DNA of 63,952 nucleotides, the filler included, from Thelocarpon superellum (lineage: Eukaryota): the NCBI GenBank assembly GCA_026025795.1. It is 3 parts of 3 records of this genome, joined end to end, with 100 filler letters (N's around TTAATTAATTAA, not from the genome) between each part and the next. Parts side by side here need not be neighbours in the genome. Positions count along the whole stretch, not along the records: positions 24,300 to 48,497 come from JAPEUG010000276.1; 2 more parts are not named here. One strand, written 5' to 3'. Below, in pieces: positions 34,898-46,505 of this stretch. Under the pieces are notes generated by a model. The model worked only from the letters and a program-made list of their open reading frames with translations. It was not told the DNA's origin and ran no database searches. Within the stretch, counting starts at the first letter, position 1. Each line of letters begins with the position of its first letter. A program made the position numbers and the translations under genes.

Positions 34898-36327
34898 CCC
34901 GTTTCGTGCGTCGGAGCAACACACGCGGGATCTGCCCCCCTTCGCCACGGCCCACGCGGCCGTCGACGACCGGGTCCCGTTACCTCCGCTCGACGACCTC
35001 TCGCGACCGTCGTCGACGTCGACGTCGGCCTCGTCGCATCCACCGACGCACCACTCGCTGCCGTCGCTCCCCGGACTGTCCGCCCTGGCGTCTATTGCGT
35101 CTGCGCCCTCGTCACAGCTCAGGTACGTTCTTTGCGAGGCCGTGATCCACCCCCGTTCCGCCATCGATCCCGCGTCTCACGTCTCTCCCCAACGATCGAT
35201 CTCGCAGCGTGTCTCCCCAATTGCTGTCTCCTTGTCCCCCGTTCCTTGCACGCGTCCTGTCCCATTCCCTGCGTGACGTTGGCTGACCCAAGCGGCTCGA
35301 TAGGGGATATAATGGCGGTCATAGCATGACTTACGCAACATCATCGCCGGCCGCTACCACAGCGGGTCCCGGCAATTCTCCGGTGAGTCTTCTCCCCCGC
35401 TTGTCGCCCCCGACCGTCGTGAAGATCCGTATTGATCCATGGCGCATAGCCGACCTGCCAAAATTGCACAACGTCGACCACCCCGCTGTGGCGACGAGAC
35501 GAGATCGGCTCGGTACTGTGCAATGCCTGCGGGTTGTTCCTGAAGCTGCATGGACGCCCGCGACCGATCAGTCTGAAGACGGATGTCATCAAGAGTCGCA
35601 ATCGTGTCAAGAGCTCTGGCCAGGGGCCGCGGAAGAAGGTAGCCCGCTTCCCGTCTTGATATCTGCCCGTAACGCCGCTGACGACCGTTTGTAGAGTTTG
35701 TTCGACGGTAACAGCCTATCGGCGGCCCGATCGGATGGCGGCACGCCGCCGCCGGGGTCCTTGGGATACCGTCGCACCTCGCAAAAGACGTCGTCGGGCA
35801 ATTCAAATGGGTCGCATTCTCCCTTGTCCCGCACGGCTACCCCCGCCTTTCCCTCGGGCCCGCATCTAAGCCATCCTGGGCTCTTCGACGGTGCTGCCTT
35901 GTCCGACCATGGCTTCCACCCATCGCCCGCCCTTCCCGCGCTACAACTCGGAACGCGGTCGCCTGGCTCGGCGGGCCATGACCGTCATCTCGAGGCACCG
36001 GCCAGCTACGATTCCCTTGTGGCGGCCAACACCTCCCTGAAGACGCGGGTGAGCGAGCTAGAGGTGATCAACGATCTCTACCAGAGCCGAGTCAGTCAGC
36101 TGGAGCAAGAGGCCCAAAACAAGCGGGGCGTGGACGCGGATTCTCAAGCACGGGCCAGGCTTGATGAGATGCAACGACGGGAGAACGAGCTTCGACGGAA
36201 GATCGACCACCTCGAACGCGAACTCTCGGAATACCGCGACGCCGCCCCGCGGGCCAAGAAGATGCGACTTTCGGACATGGTGACGGACGAGGCGACTTCG
36301 TCACCGCGAACCTCGACCCCTTCGTGA
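34851..36327 (+). CDS. areB: GATA zinc-finger/leucine-zipper transcription factor AreB (NreB/ASD-4 type); long isoform predicted from ACG 34851, short isoform from ATG 35326
   Basis: [52 protein letters not shown] and the zipper [17 protein letters not shown]. Exons 34851-35122, 35304-35382, 35450-35638 and 35695-36327 are all in frame. Confidence 0.88.
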
Positions 36328-37540
36328 AGCCGCTTGACGACCATTTGATGACCATTTTCCTTTCCGGGTAACAACGGGTGGATGATCCCGGTGATTCCGA
36401 CTTCCCTTTGTTCCCCTTGGCCTATTTCCGACGGCTCCGCGCCTCATCTAATACTCGCGGACCGTCGGTTCCACCATCACGCATCCCTTGGACGCCATCC
36501 CCTAATCCTGTTGACTCGCGACATCCCTCCGCTCTTCCGACACCACGTGGTCACCCCCGGCCGGCCCCTAATCACCCCTTTCGACTCTATGGCCGGCCAG
36601 CCAAAAGTTCGGCCCTCGTCCCTCTAATAATGTAATGTGCTGGTTCTTATCTTTTTTGTTTTCCTGCGAGCGTCGTCGCCCCGTGGGCGGGGCGCGTGTC
36701 ACGTCGTGCCGTGCAGGTGGCTCGGTATCAGGTGCCACACGCGCTCTCTCGACGTCCCGTGATGTCTCGTGTGTCTGTTGGTTCGTTTCCTTTGTGCAAT
36801 TTTCTTTTGTGTGCATGGGTTCTTCCGAGCGTCAGTAAGGGTGAAGGATGGGGGTGGGGATGGAATACAGGAACACAGTCACAGGCATTCTGGTTGAAAA
36901 GAGGGGAGAAGAAGGGGAGGGAGTGGAAACATGGAACGAGGGAGGGGAGAAAGGGGAGAAAGAAGATTGATTGTCCGCAACCAACAGGCAGCAGCAAGAG
37001 CGACAGCAGAGCGACGGCAGCAGGCATAGGACGATATGCGATCGTTAGGTCGCTGGGGAGCTCCCTCACTCACCTCGCACTCGAGCAATTGATTTGGTCG
37101 AGGGCGGGAGGGGGTTGGGGGAAGCAAAGGTGGAATGACAGATATCAGTCGACTTATCGCTCTACTGGACATGGTCTCCCGTACATCGTACTCATTTAGT
37201 CACTCGAGCATTTGACATCTAGCGCACGGGACGGACGCCTTCTACCTTTCCTACCGTCCTTCCCTTGACCTTGACCCTTCCACCCCATTCCATTCCATCC
37301 CATTCATTTCATCCACGACCAGTAGTAGCGGGAGCAGTAGTAGCAGTGCCGGCTCCGTCTATCTCTAACCGCTGCGCTGTGCCCTCTCCTCTTACCCTTC
37401 CTCATTCCACTCCCCTTCGTTTTGTCTTTCTCTCAGTTGATCTCTCATCTCCAGAGCGAAAGAGGGAGGAGAAAAGGGGAGAAGGAGAGGGTAAAGGCAG
37501 GAAAACAAATCAAATCGAGCGAGTCAGTCAAAGGAGAGGC

Positions 37541-39826
37541 TCATACGACGCCGTCATCCTCGTCGTCGATATCCTCGCCCATCGGGCCGTCGCGTTCCAG
37601 GCGAAGACCGCGCCCGGTCCGCGAGTGTTCCGTGTGGATGCTCCACAGGCTGATCACGATGCCAAGTAGCGCCGCTGCTAGCGTCACGCAGTATGCCGTC
37701 CGGTAGCATGCGAGGCCGTCGGGACACGTGTGTCCGCCGCTCGGTAGGAGTGTGCTGTGATGGTCGTAGATTCGGCCTTGCATGGTGTTAGCGGTATTTC
37801 TGGTTGGGTGAAAGGAGACGGAAGGTGTACCGTAGAGGAGGTTGAAGATGTTGCCGCTTATGATCGGTGCTAGTGTCATGCATCCCCAGCTGGAAGCATC
37901 CGTGTCAGATGGAGACGAGAAAAGGGGTTTGAGCATGACCTACTTTTGCGATAGCCCATGGACGCCGAATGCTTCCGTGACCTGTCCGTGGTTTAATGTC
38001 CCTTCGACAGCCGAGGACGATGCACCTGGGAAGATGAGGCTTACCATGGCGGGATACACTCCATACAAAACACCATAGCCCACTAGAAGCGCCGTCAACG
38101 GAGACCAGTGGTGCTCGGAATGAGAACAACGCACATCCCGTCAAGCCTGAGACGGCCCATAGGTGATGTGGATTCTCGATTCGGATGGCGCAAATCTGGG
38201 CGGTCGTGAATAGCAAGCTCGCGACCACGGCACACCATTGTCGGCTCTTGCCCAGCACCTTGACGATGAAGTCGGAGCCGACCCCTGGGAGCCATCAGCA
38301 TCTCGACATCAGCAAGGCCCGTCGCTCATACCGCTCAACAGCCGACCGGCAAAGCTGGCCAGCGACAAGATCGACACATGCATGAGCTGTCGCTTCTGGA
38401 TAAAGTCTTGCGTCACGCTATCGTCATAGTGGCTCCACAATGCTTGCGCCTGCGGTGATCAACATGCGTCGGCTCGAAAGATGGTATCTGCGCTTACGTC
38501 GTTACCGATGTTGCTATGCCATATGAGCTATGATGTCGCAAGTGGAGATGCTCAACCTGACACTCACTTGATGGTCATGAGGCCAATCCCCGACAGCAAC
38601 GCCAGATTGGAGAACAGTTGCCAAAATTCTAGGACCCGGATGAGTTGGAATCCTCGCACGTCTACATGGCGCAATCGTTTGTCGGTGATGCTGGACTTGA
38701 CGTAGACATCACCCGGGCCGGACGAGCTTGACCGCGACACTAGCGACGACGTTTCATCGCCCTCATGGTCACTTGGCTCGTGGAGATCAAGAAAAACGGA
38801 GGAGTCCTTGGCGCCGAGATCCGCAGCATGTCGATGCTGCCTGGTCGAGTCTATCGACGTCCGTGATCGTTCGGGCGAGGAGCGAAGGGTGAGGCGCCGA
38901 CCATTGACGGGTTTCGTGGACCGGAGGCGGCTGGAGTTGGATCTTGTTCGGCGTTGCGGGGCCAGGGAGGCGTATGACGGAGGATCGTGCACCACACGGA
39001 GGAAGAAGAAGGATACGAAGACCATAGCAAAGGTGCCGATAGCCAACAAGAACAGGAACTCTGACGTGTCCTCGGGAAACGCGACAGCCCCGACCTCGGC
39101 GAAGAAGAAGGCACTTAGGCCAAAGGCGGCCAGTGGAAATGCCGTGGCCGATCCTCGATGATGTGGCCAATTCAACGCGGCTATCACTCCGTCAGAAGGC
39201 TATCCTCTGATCCGACGAAGACGACTCACAGGTCTTGAGCGAGGCCGAGAAGGCGGCGCAACTTCCTACGCACGAGTCAACCGGCAGCCATCAACCACGC
39301 GGGCTTTTCCATACCAACGCCCGTCAACAATGAGTAGAAGCAGAGCAGGAACAGGTTGGCCGAGCCTGGACCGTTCTCGTAGGCTACACGCGCATGTGAG
39401 TCGAATGCAGCGACGGCGATGCGGGAGAGCATCACCTTTATGGATGGGATAGTATCCAATGCCCAAGGCGAATGCGCCAATCATCACTGGTATGCGCGGT
39501 CCTCTGGCATCGACCCAGATTCCAATGGGGATACCCGAGGCATACATGCCAAAATTTGCAGCGTTCCCCTGGGCATCCGTTAGCTGGGCTGCCAGCGACT
39601 CGACGGTGGGGGGCACGTACGATCAAGTTGCTCTCCGTCCATGACAGATTGAGTCGCTTCGCGAACTGCGGAGCCCAGGCCGAATAGACATACTGCCGCA
39701 CATGGATGAGCCTCGTCCGGTACTGGAAGAGCTGGAGATTCGTACATTGGTACCGCAGGCCAAGGCAATTAGGGTCGCGGCCACGACCGACACCACGCGG
39801 GTGACCTGATGCGAAGCTTCGGCCAT
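37541..39826 (-). CDS. MCH1: MFS transporter, Mch1/nodulin-like family, many introns
   Basis: ATLIALACGTN|YVYSAWAPQFA, NWPHHRGSATAFPLAAFGLSAFFF, GIGLMTIN|NIGND, SFAGRLLSG, FGVHGLSQN|WG, GNIFNLLYG. Confidence 0.88.
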
Positions 39827-40177
39827 ATCGAAGGTCGAAGGGTCTGCGGAGTGCCACCACTCGTTGACGTGATGGGTGGCCTCAAGGCTCGACCATGGTC
39901 AGTCGAGACAAGAAGGTTGACGGCGAGAGCGCGAGCGGAGTCGTGCGTGGTGATAAGCGGACGCTTGTCTGCAAGGGATCAGGTCAGAAGATGGAGCTGT
40001 TTCGTGGACCAGAGACGTGCCACGGGCATACCAATAGGCCAAGAGTCTCAGAGGCTGGCGTATCTGTCTTGAAGTCTCGGGAGATCCCATCGCTTGACCA
40101 ATAGCAATTGATCGACCTCTTGTAACAGATCACGTTTGACCTTCTTGATGAACTCCGTCGGACGTTGATGTCACGGT

Positions 40178-40276
40178 CACGTGCGACGATCGGCGTCTCC
40201 GCGTCTTTTGCACATTGCCGCAGCGCCTGAGTGGCGGCCGCCGTCGTAGAGTTATGGTCACGTGCTGGCTCACGTG
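40178..40276. promoter_or_regulatory. Three TCACGTG E-boxes in the MCH1/TMS1 divergent promoter
   Basis: CACGTG at 40178, 40259 and 40271. Confidence 0.35.
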
Positions 40277-40420
40277 TGGGTCTGATGATGGTGTGGCCCG
40301 TGCGGGCGCCTTGCGTAATGGCGTGTCATCGGCCTCGTCCGCCTCCAGCCTCCCTCTCCACCAACCCTCGATCCCAGAGATCCCGAAAGGCGATCGTTCG
40401 GCACAACTGACAGTATCATC

Positions 40421-42021
40421 ATGGGGGCCCTCCTCTCCTTGCCCCTCCTCGCGCTACCCAGTGTGGGCTCTGTCGGTGCCTCACCCTGTCCATCCCATCG
40501 CCGCCGCTGACGGTCTACAGTTGGTTACCGTCGCAGCGTCGTGCTGTGGTGCCGCAACCTGCTCGGCGGTATGCAGCTCGTGCGGGAAATGCCAGGGAAG
40601 GTATGCCCGCAGTCTTCTGGGTGTGTGGTGACGAGGCTGATGCTCTGATGATAGCACGGCCACTCGAATCGCCTATGCGCTCATCCTCCTCGTCAACTCG
40701 ATCTTCTCGTGGATCGTGCTCACGCCATGGGCCATCAAGAAGCTCGAACACATCACCCTCGACTACGTCAAGATTGAATGTCCCGAAGGTCTCTGTTTTG
40801 GCGTGTTGGCCGTGCACCGCGTCAACTTCGCCCTCGGCGCCTTCCACGCCCTGCTCGCCATCATCCTGCTCGGCGTGCGGTCCTCGCGAGACGGACGCGC
40901 CGCCATCCAGAATGGCTTCTGGGGCCCGAAGATCATCGCCTGGCTGGGTCTCATCGTCCTGACCTTCTTCATCCCCAACGCCTTCTTCAAGTTTTGGGGC
41001 ACCTACTTTGCCTTGATCGGCGCCATGCTCTTCTTGCTCTTGGGCCTCGTCCTGCTCGTCGATCTCGCCCACACCTGGGCGGAATACTGCCTGGAGAAGA
41101 TTGAGTTCCGCGATTCGCCCGTCTGGCGAGGGGTCTTGATCGGGTCGACGCTCGGCATGTATCTGGGCTCGATCGCCATGACCATTGTCATGTACATCTT
41201 CTTCGCCGGCAGCGGGTGCTCGATGAATCAGGCCGCCATCACGGTATGGCCCGGCCTTCCCCAGCACTCGTGGAAGATGCTGATCAGCGATGCAGGTGAA
41301 CTTGATCCTGCTGCTCCTCATCTCCACCATCTCGGTCCATCCGACCGTGCAAGACTTCAACCCACAAGCGGGCCTGGCCCAGTCGGCCATGGTGGCTGTC
41401 TACTGCACATACCTCACCATGTCGGCCGTCGGGATGGAACCGGACGACAAGCACTGCAACCCGCTTGTCCGTGCGCGGGGCACCCGGACCGCCTCCGTCG
41501 TCATCGGCGCCATCGTGACCATGTTGACCATTGCCTATACCACCACCCGGGCGGCGACGCAAGGCGTGGCCATGGGCGGACGCGGGAACGGGAACGGGTC
41601 ATACTCGCAGGTCAGCATGGAGGATAGCGAGCATGGGCTGGTGACGCAGCAGCCAGGTAGCCGGCGGGAGATGCGGGCCGACGCCCTCCGCGCCGCGGTG
41701 GAGAGCGGCAGTCTGCCGGCCAGCGCCCTGGATGAGAGCGACGACGACGACAGCGACGACGGCCATCGCAGCAAGGACGACGAACGAGGCTCGACCCAGT
41801 ACAACTACTCGCTCTTCCACGTCATCTTCCTGCTGGCCACGGCCTGGGTGGCCACGTTGTTGACCATGAACCTGCCGACCGAGCAGATTGGTGACTTTGC
41901 CCCCGTCGGCCGGACCTATTGGGCCAGTTGGGTCAAGATCGTCAGCGCCTGGGTGTGCTACGCCATCTACACCTGGACCCTCGTCGCCCCGGTCATTCTC
42001 CCCGACCGCTTTGGCTATTGA
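40421..42021 (+). CDS. TMS1: Serinc/TDE-family membrane protein
   Basis: MGALLSLPLL, SCCGAATCSAVCSSCGKC, RAAIQNGFWGPK, YNYSLFH, WVKIVSAWVCYAIYTWTLVAP..PDRF. Three introns. Confidence 0.95.
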
Positions 42022-42314
42022 TGGGGGGGTCTGGATGGATGTGATCGGGCGGTGGTGGGGCTGGCGCTGGCGGGGTCTCTTTCCGCGACCGTCGTGAGGA
42101 AGTAAGCGGGTAGGATTTGTAGCCGTACCTGGTAGCATTGTAGCAATATGAAACCTTTTCTGTCACAGAGATTCGATCATGGTTCAGGTGCAAATCACGG
42201 CGAAGTGGCTATGATGGCCGATCTGGCGTCTCTTAGCGATTGATGTCAACCATCAAGGCGTCTCCTCCCCATGTCACCCACGCGGATGAACGCGGCCGTC
42301 CGTCATGCTCGACG

Positions 42315-45300
42315 ATGGCCACCATCAAGCCAATTGAGCGAAGCGCCGTACGTCAGAAGTCCTCATCCGCACGCACATCCGACAGACATCGAGCTGAGAT
42401 CATGTCCCTCCCAGGTTCATCACATCCAGGCCGGCCAGGTCATTGTCGACCTCTGTTCCGTGGTGAAGGAGCTGGTCGAGAATAGTCTTGATGCAGGCGC
42501 CACCTCTATCGGTACTTGGACCTTGATTCAGATGAGTTCAGTGACTGACATGACATGGACCGGAAGAAATCGCCTTCAAGAATCATGGTCTCGAATCGAT
42601 TGAAGTTCGTGACAACGGGCATGGCATTTCACCCCAGGACTATGAGACCATAGGTGTGCCACGTTGGTCGGACAGGAAGGTCAACCGCTCACGCTGTGCA
42701 TCCAGCCCTCAAGCATTACACGTCCAAACTCTCCTCGTACAATGATCTGACCTCATTGCGTACCTTTGGCTTCCGTGGCGAAGCCCTGTCCTCGCTCTGC
42801 GCCCTCTCGACCTTTCATCTCGTCACGGCGCGTGCCGATGAGGCTCCCAAAGGCACGCGTCTCGACTTTGAGAGTTCGGGCACGCTCAAAGGAAGGCAAG
42901 TCGTGGCCGCCCAGAGAGGAACGAGCGTGCATGTGGAGAGATTGTTCCAGACCCTCCCCGTTCGCCGGCGGGAGTTGGAGAAGAACATCAAGCGGGAGTA
43001 TGGCAAGGTGCTGGTGGTGTTGCAAGCCTACGCATGTATCTCGTTGGGTGTCCGGTTCGCCGTGACCCATCAAGTGGCCAAGGGGTACGTGGCGGTGCTT
43101 CCTGGCAAGATGGGCCGACTGATGCGGGTAGGAAATCCGCCGTCTTTGCCACCAAGTCCAATCCCACCACGCGGGAGAATATCGCCAATGTCTTCGGGGC
43201 CAAGACCTTGACGGCTCTCGTTCCTCTGGATCTGAAGATGCAGCTGGAGGCTACGCGGGGAGTCGGTCAACTGAGGAAGAATGCCGACGAGTCGTGAGTG
43301 ATGGGTTCCGCGCCCGTTGGCATTGTTGGGGCTGAGCATGATCAAGGTCGAGAGATGTCCATCTCGTCGGTCACATCTCCCGTCCCCTTCACGGTGAAGG
43401 ACGACAGACGCCAGATCGGCAGATGTTCTTCGTCAACGCCCGTCCGTGTGGACTGCCTCAAGTGGCCAAGGCGTTCAACGAGGTGTATAAGATATACAAT
43501 GCGGCTCAGTCGCCGTTTATCTTTGCGGATCTCAAGATGGACACCGGCAGGTTCGCCGTACTCGGTTTGGTTCGCCCGAAGCTGACCATGACCAGGCTCC
43601 TACGATGTCAATGTCTCGCCGGACAAGCGCACGATTCTACTCCAAGACCAGACGGCGCTGCTTGAGTCTCTCAAGGTGATACGCTCCCAGTTGGGGATGG
43701 ATACGTCTGACGCTCCTGTGATCCAGGAGTCCTTGACGAGTCTGTTTGAGACACAAGACCAGATGATACCTCAATCTCAATTGCAGACACAGCGACCTCC
43801 AACTTTGCGACAACTCTCCATTGCACGTCCGCCGATCGCCCCAACCGCATCATCCGATCCTCAAGACAGCCCGGCCGGTGATTCAGAAGAGGATGGAGAG
43901 GATGGAGAGGATCTCACCAATCGAGAACCAGAGCAATCGGCACAGAATTCCGGCGTCAGCTTGATACAGGAGTTTGTCGAGGCTGGAGGAGCACGTCGTC
44001 GCCCAACACCGAGCGTTCAAACCAAGAAAGACTTGAGAGGGAAGGATGAAGCGAGAATATCAAGGCAGCAACGTGAACAAACGCCCGTGGAGGTTCTTGA
44101 GAGCGACGAAGAGGCGCAAGTGGCTAGTTCCGACGAGGAAATGGAGCAAGGAGAGCAAGGCGAGCAAGGTGAACAAAGACTTGCAGAGGGAATGTTCACG
44201 GAGCCAGGGGCACCACAAGCATCTACGTCGATTCCCATCATCACTTCAAGCCCAGTGCAAGCTGAACCGAGCGTGGTTCAAACCGCATATGACCGTATGC
44301 GGGCAAGACGGGTTCCTCGAGAGACGGCGACAATCACCATTGGCTCGAAGACGACAACGTCGACGATTGGAAATACTGCGGGCAATCGAGACGACATCGG
44401 AGGTGCAGTGTCCAGTGGAAGGAGCACGAGAGTCCCGTCCAAGCCTGTGGAACGTCGAGGGTTCGCCCGCGGTCTACAGGCTTTCACGGCTCCTGGCATG
44501 CAGGTCCATGAAGAAAGTGATTCCGAGGACGTGAGTACAAGACAGGCTACACTGACCTCATATATCAAGGAAGAGGGGGAAGATAATGCAGAGGATGAAG
44601 AGGTCGAAGACGTGGGCATCAGTCCAGATGCAGAGAGCGACGTTGAGGAAAAGTCTGCCGGGTCAGAAGCGGAAGAAGCTGAAGACTCCGTCAGGTCAGA
44701 CGCTGAAGAAGCCGAGGAGGCCGAAGAGTCCGACGACGAGTACGTGGACGAGACAGCGAAGAAAGCAAAGGAGGAAGCACGGGTACAACGACTGATCCAG
44801 CGAGCGGAAGAAGCAGCGGCGAAGCCAAGCTTGAAGAGCGCGTCACGAGCCGACGGGCTGATCCGAGACCGGCGGAGCTGGAAAGACTCAACCTACAGCA
44901 TCATACAACGGATGGAATGCAGCGTGGCGAGCATCGAAGCGCAGTTGTGCACCTTGAACGAGCAAGTCCGACGATACGAAGCGAATCGGCCCCTCGACGA
45001 GCCCGAAGAGGGACAGCCCGAGAACTCGGCCGAGGAGAAACTCACCCTGACGGTGTCAAAAGAAGATTTCGCCCGGATGAAAGTGATTGGACAATTCAAC
45101 CTGGGCTTCATCCTGGCCACTCGGCCTGCGGCGTCAAGACAAGACTCGGCTGCTCGCGCGGGCGCACGTGCACACCACCACCACGACGAAGTCTTCATCA
45201 TCGACCAGCACGCATCAGACGAGAAATACAACTTTGAGCGACTGCAATCCACGACGGTCATGCAGAACCAGCGGCTCGTGCAGCCGCGCATGCTGGAGCT

Positions 45301-45934
45301 GACAGCCATGGAGGAGGAGGTCATGATGGCGCATAGGCACATCCTGGAGCAGAACGGGTTCATCGTCGACGTGCCCGCCCCCTCCCACCCTTCCTCTTCC
45401 TCTGCTCGCGCCGGCCACCGGTGCCGTCTCCTCTCTCTACCGATGAGTCGTGAAGTGGTGTTTGGTACTCGAGATCTGGAAGAGTTGGTGGCTCTCTTGG
45501 CGGATTATTCTACGCGCACCACCTCGCCCGTCACCACCTCTACCACAACCGGTGACGACGCCCCTGACCTAGCCCAACACAACGCATCAGTACCACGACC
45601 GAGCAAAACACGGCGTCTGTTCGCGATGCGCGCATGCAGATCATCCATCATGATCGGCCGCACGCTGACGCCACGCCAGATGGAACAGGTGGTGCGGAAT
45701 CTCGGCACGTTGGATAAACCGTGGAACTGCCCGCACGGGAGACCGACCATGCGTCACTTGGTCACTTTGCCCGAGGTACTTGCTTGGGATGGTATCAGGC
45801 AGAGGGAGAGGGAGAGGGAGAGGGAGGGGGAGAGGGAGAGGGACAGTAGCGGGAGAAGAGGTAGGGCAGAAGAAAACATGGCAAAGGACGTCGATTGGAC
45901 TGCATATGCAGATGCAGATGCAGACGCTATGTAG
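42315..45934 (+). CDS. PMS1: MutL-family mismatch repair endonuclease (yeast Pms1 / human PMS2 ortholog)
   Basis: VKELVENSLDAGAT, TFGFRGEALSSL, DVNVSPDKR, GQFNLGFI, DQHASDEKYNFE, MRACR, CPHGRPT. Several introns, one GC-AG. Confidence 0.95.
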
Positions 45935-46505
45935 AGACTAGCAGATATGCACTGCGAACAGGGTGAAGATGATCTTGCTGGGGAGAACTTGGAATACATG
46001 ACAAAGCCGGTCAGTAGATGTTTCGTGGGGGTTCCCCGTGCAGAGGGGCTATCTTGAAGCTCTCCTTTTGAATAAAGTAGACGCCAGGAGAATTCCACCA
46101 GTGTCAATCATGCCCCACACACCGTACTGATGCACCCCGGTTATTCCACTGGAGATGGGTGGTTTATTCTACGGAAGCTATCCGTCGTTCTAATATACAG
46201 CTATTGTGGGTCACGTGAGGCGGCTTACTCAGAAGCCTCGAGCTCCCGTATGGAGCCTCCATAGTACGGTCAGACGGATGGTCAAGTACGAAGCACCATG
46301 ACGATGCTATGCGATGCATTGAAGCGACTGTTCTACTCCGGTGCTAACGATACAAATGCAAGTGACCGGCCGCGGCATCGTCGTCGTCGTCGATGATGAT
46401 ACGAATGTAAGCCGGGCGGAGTCGTCGATGATAAGAATGTACAGGGGCACAGGGGCACAGGGGCAACTCCCTCTTCCTCCACAACAACGGCAGCGGCAGC
46501 AGCAA

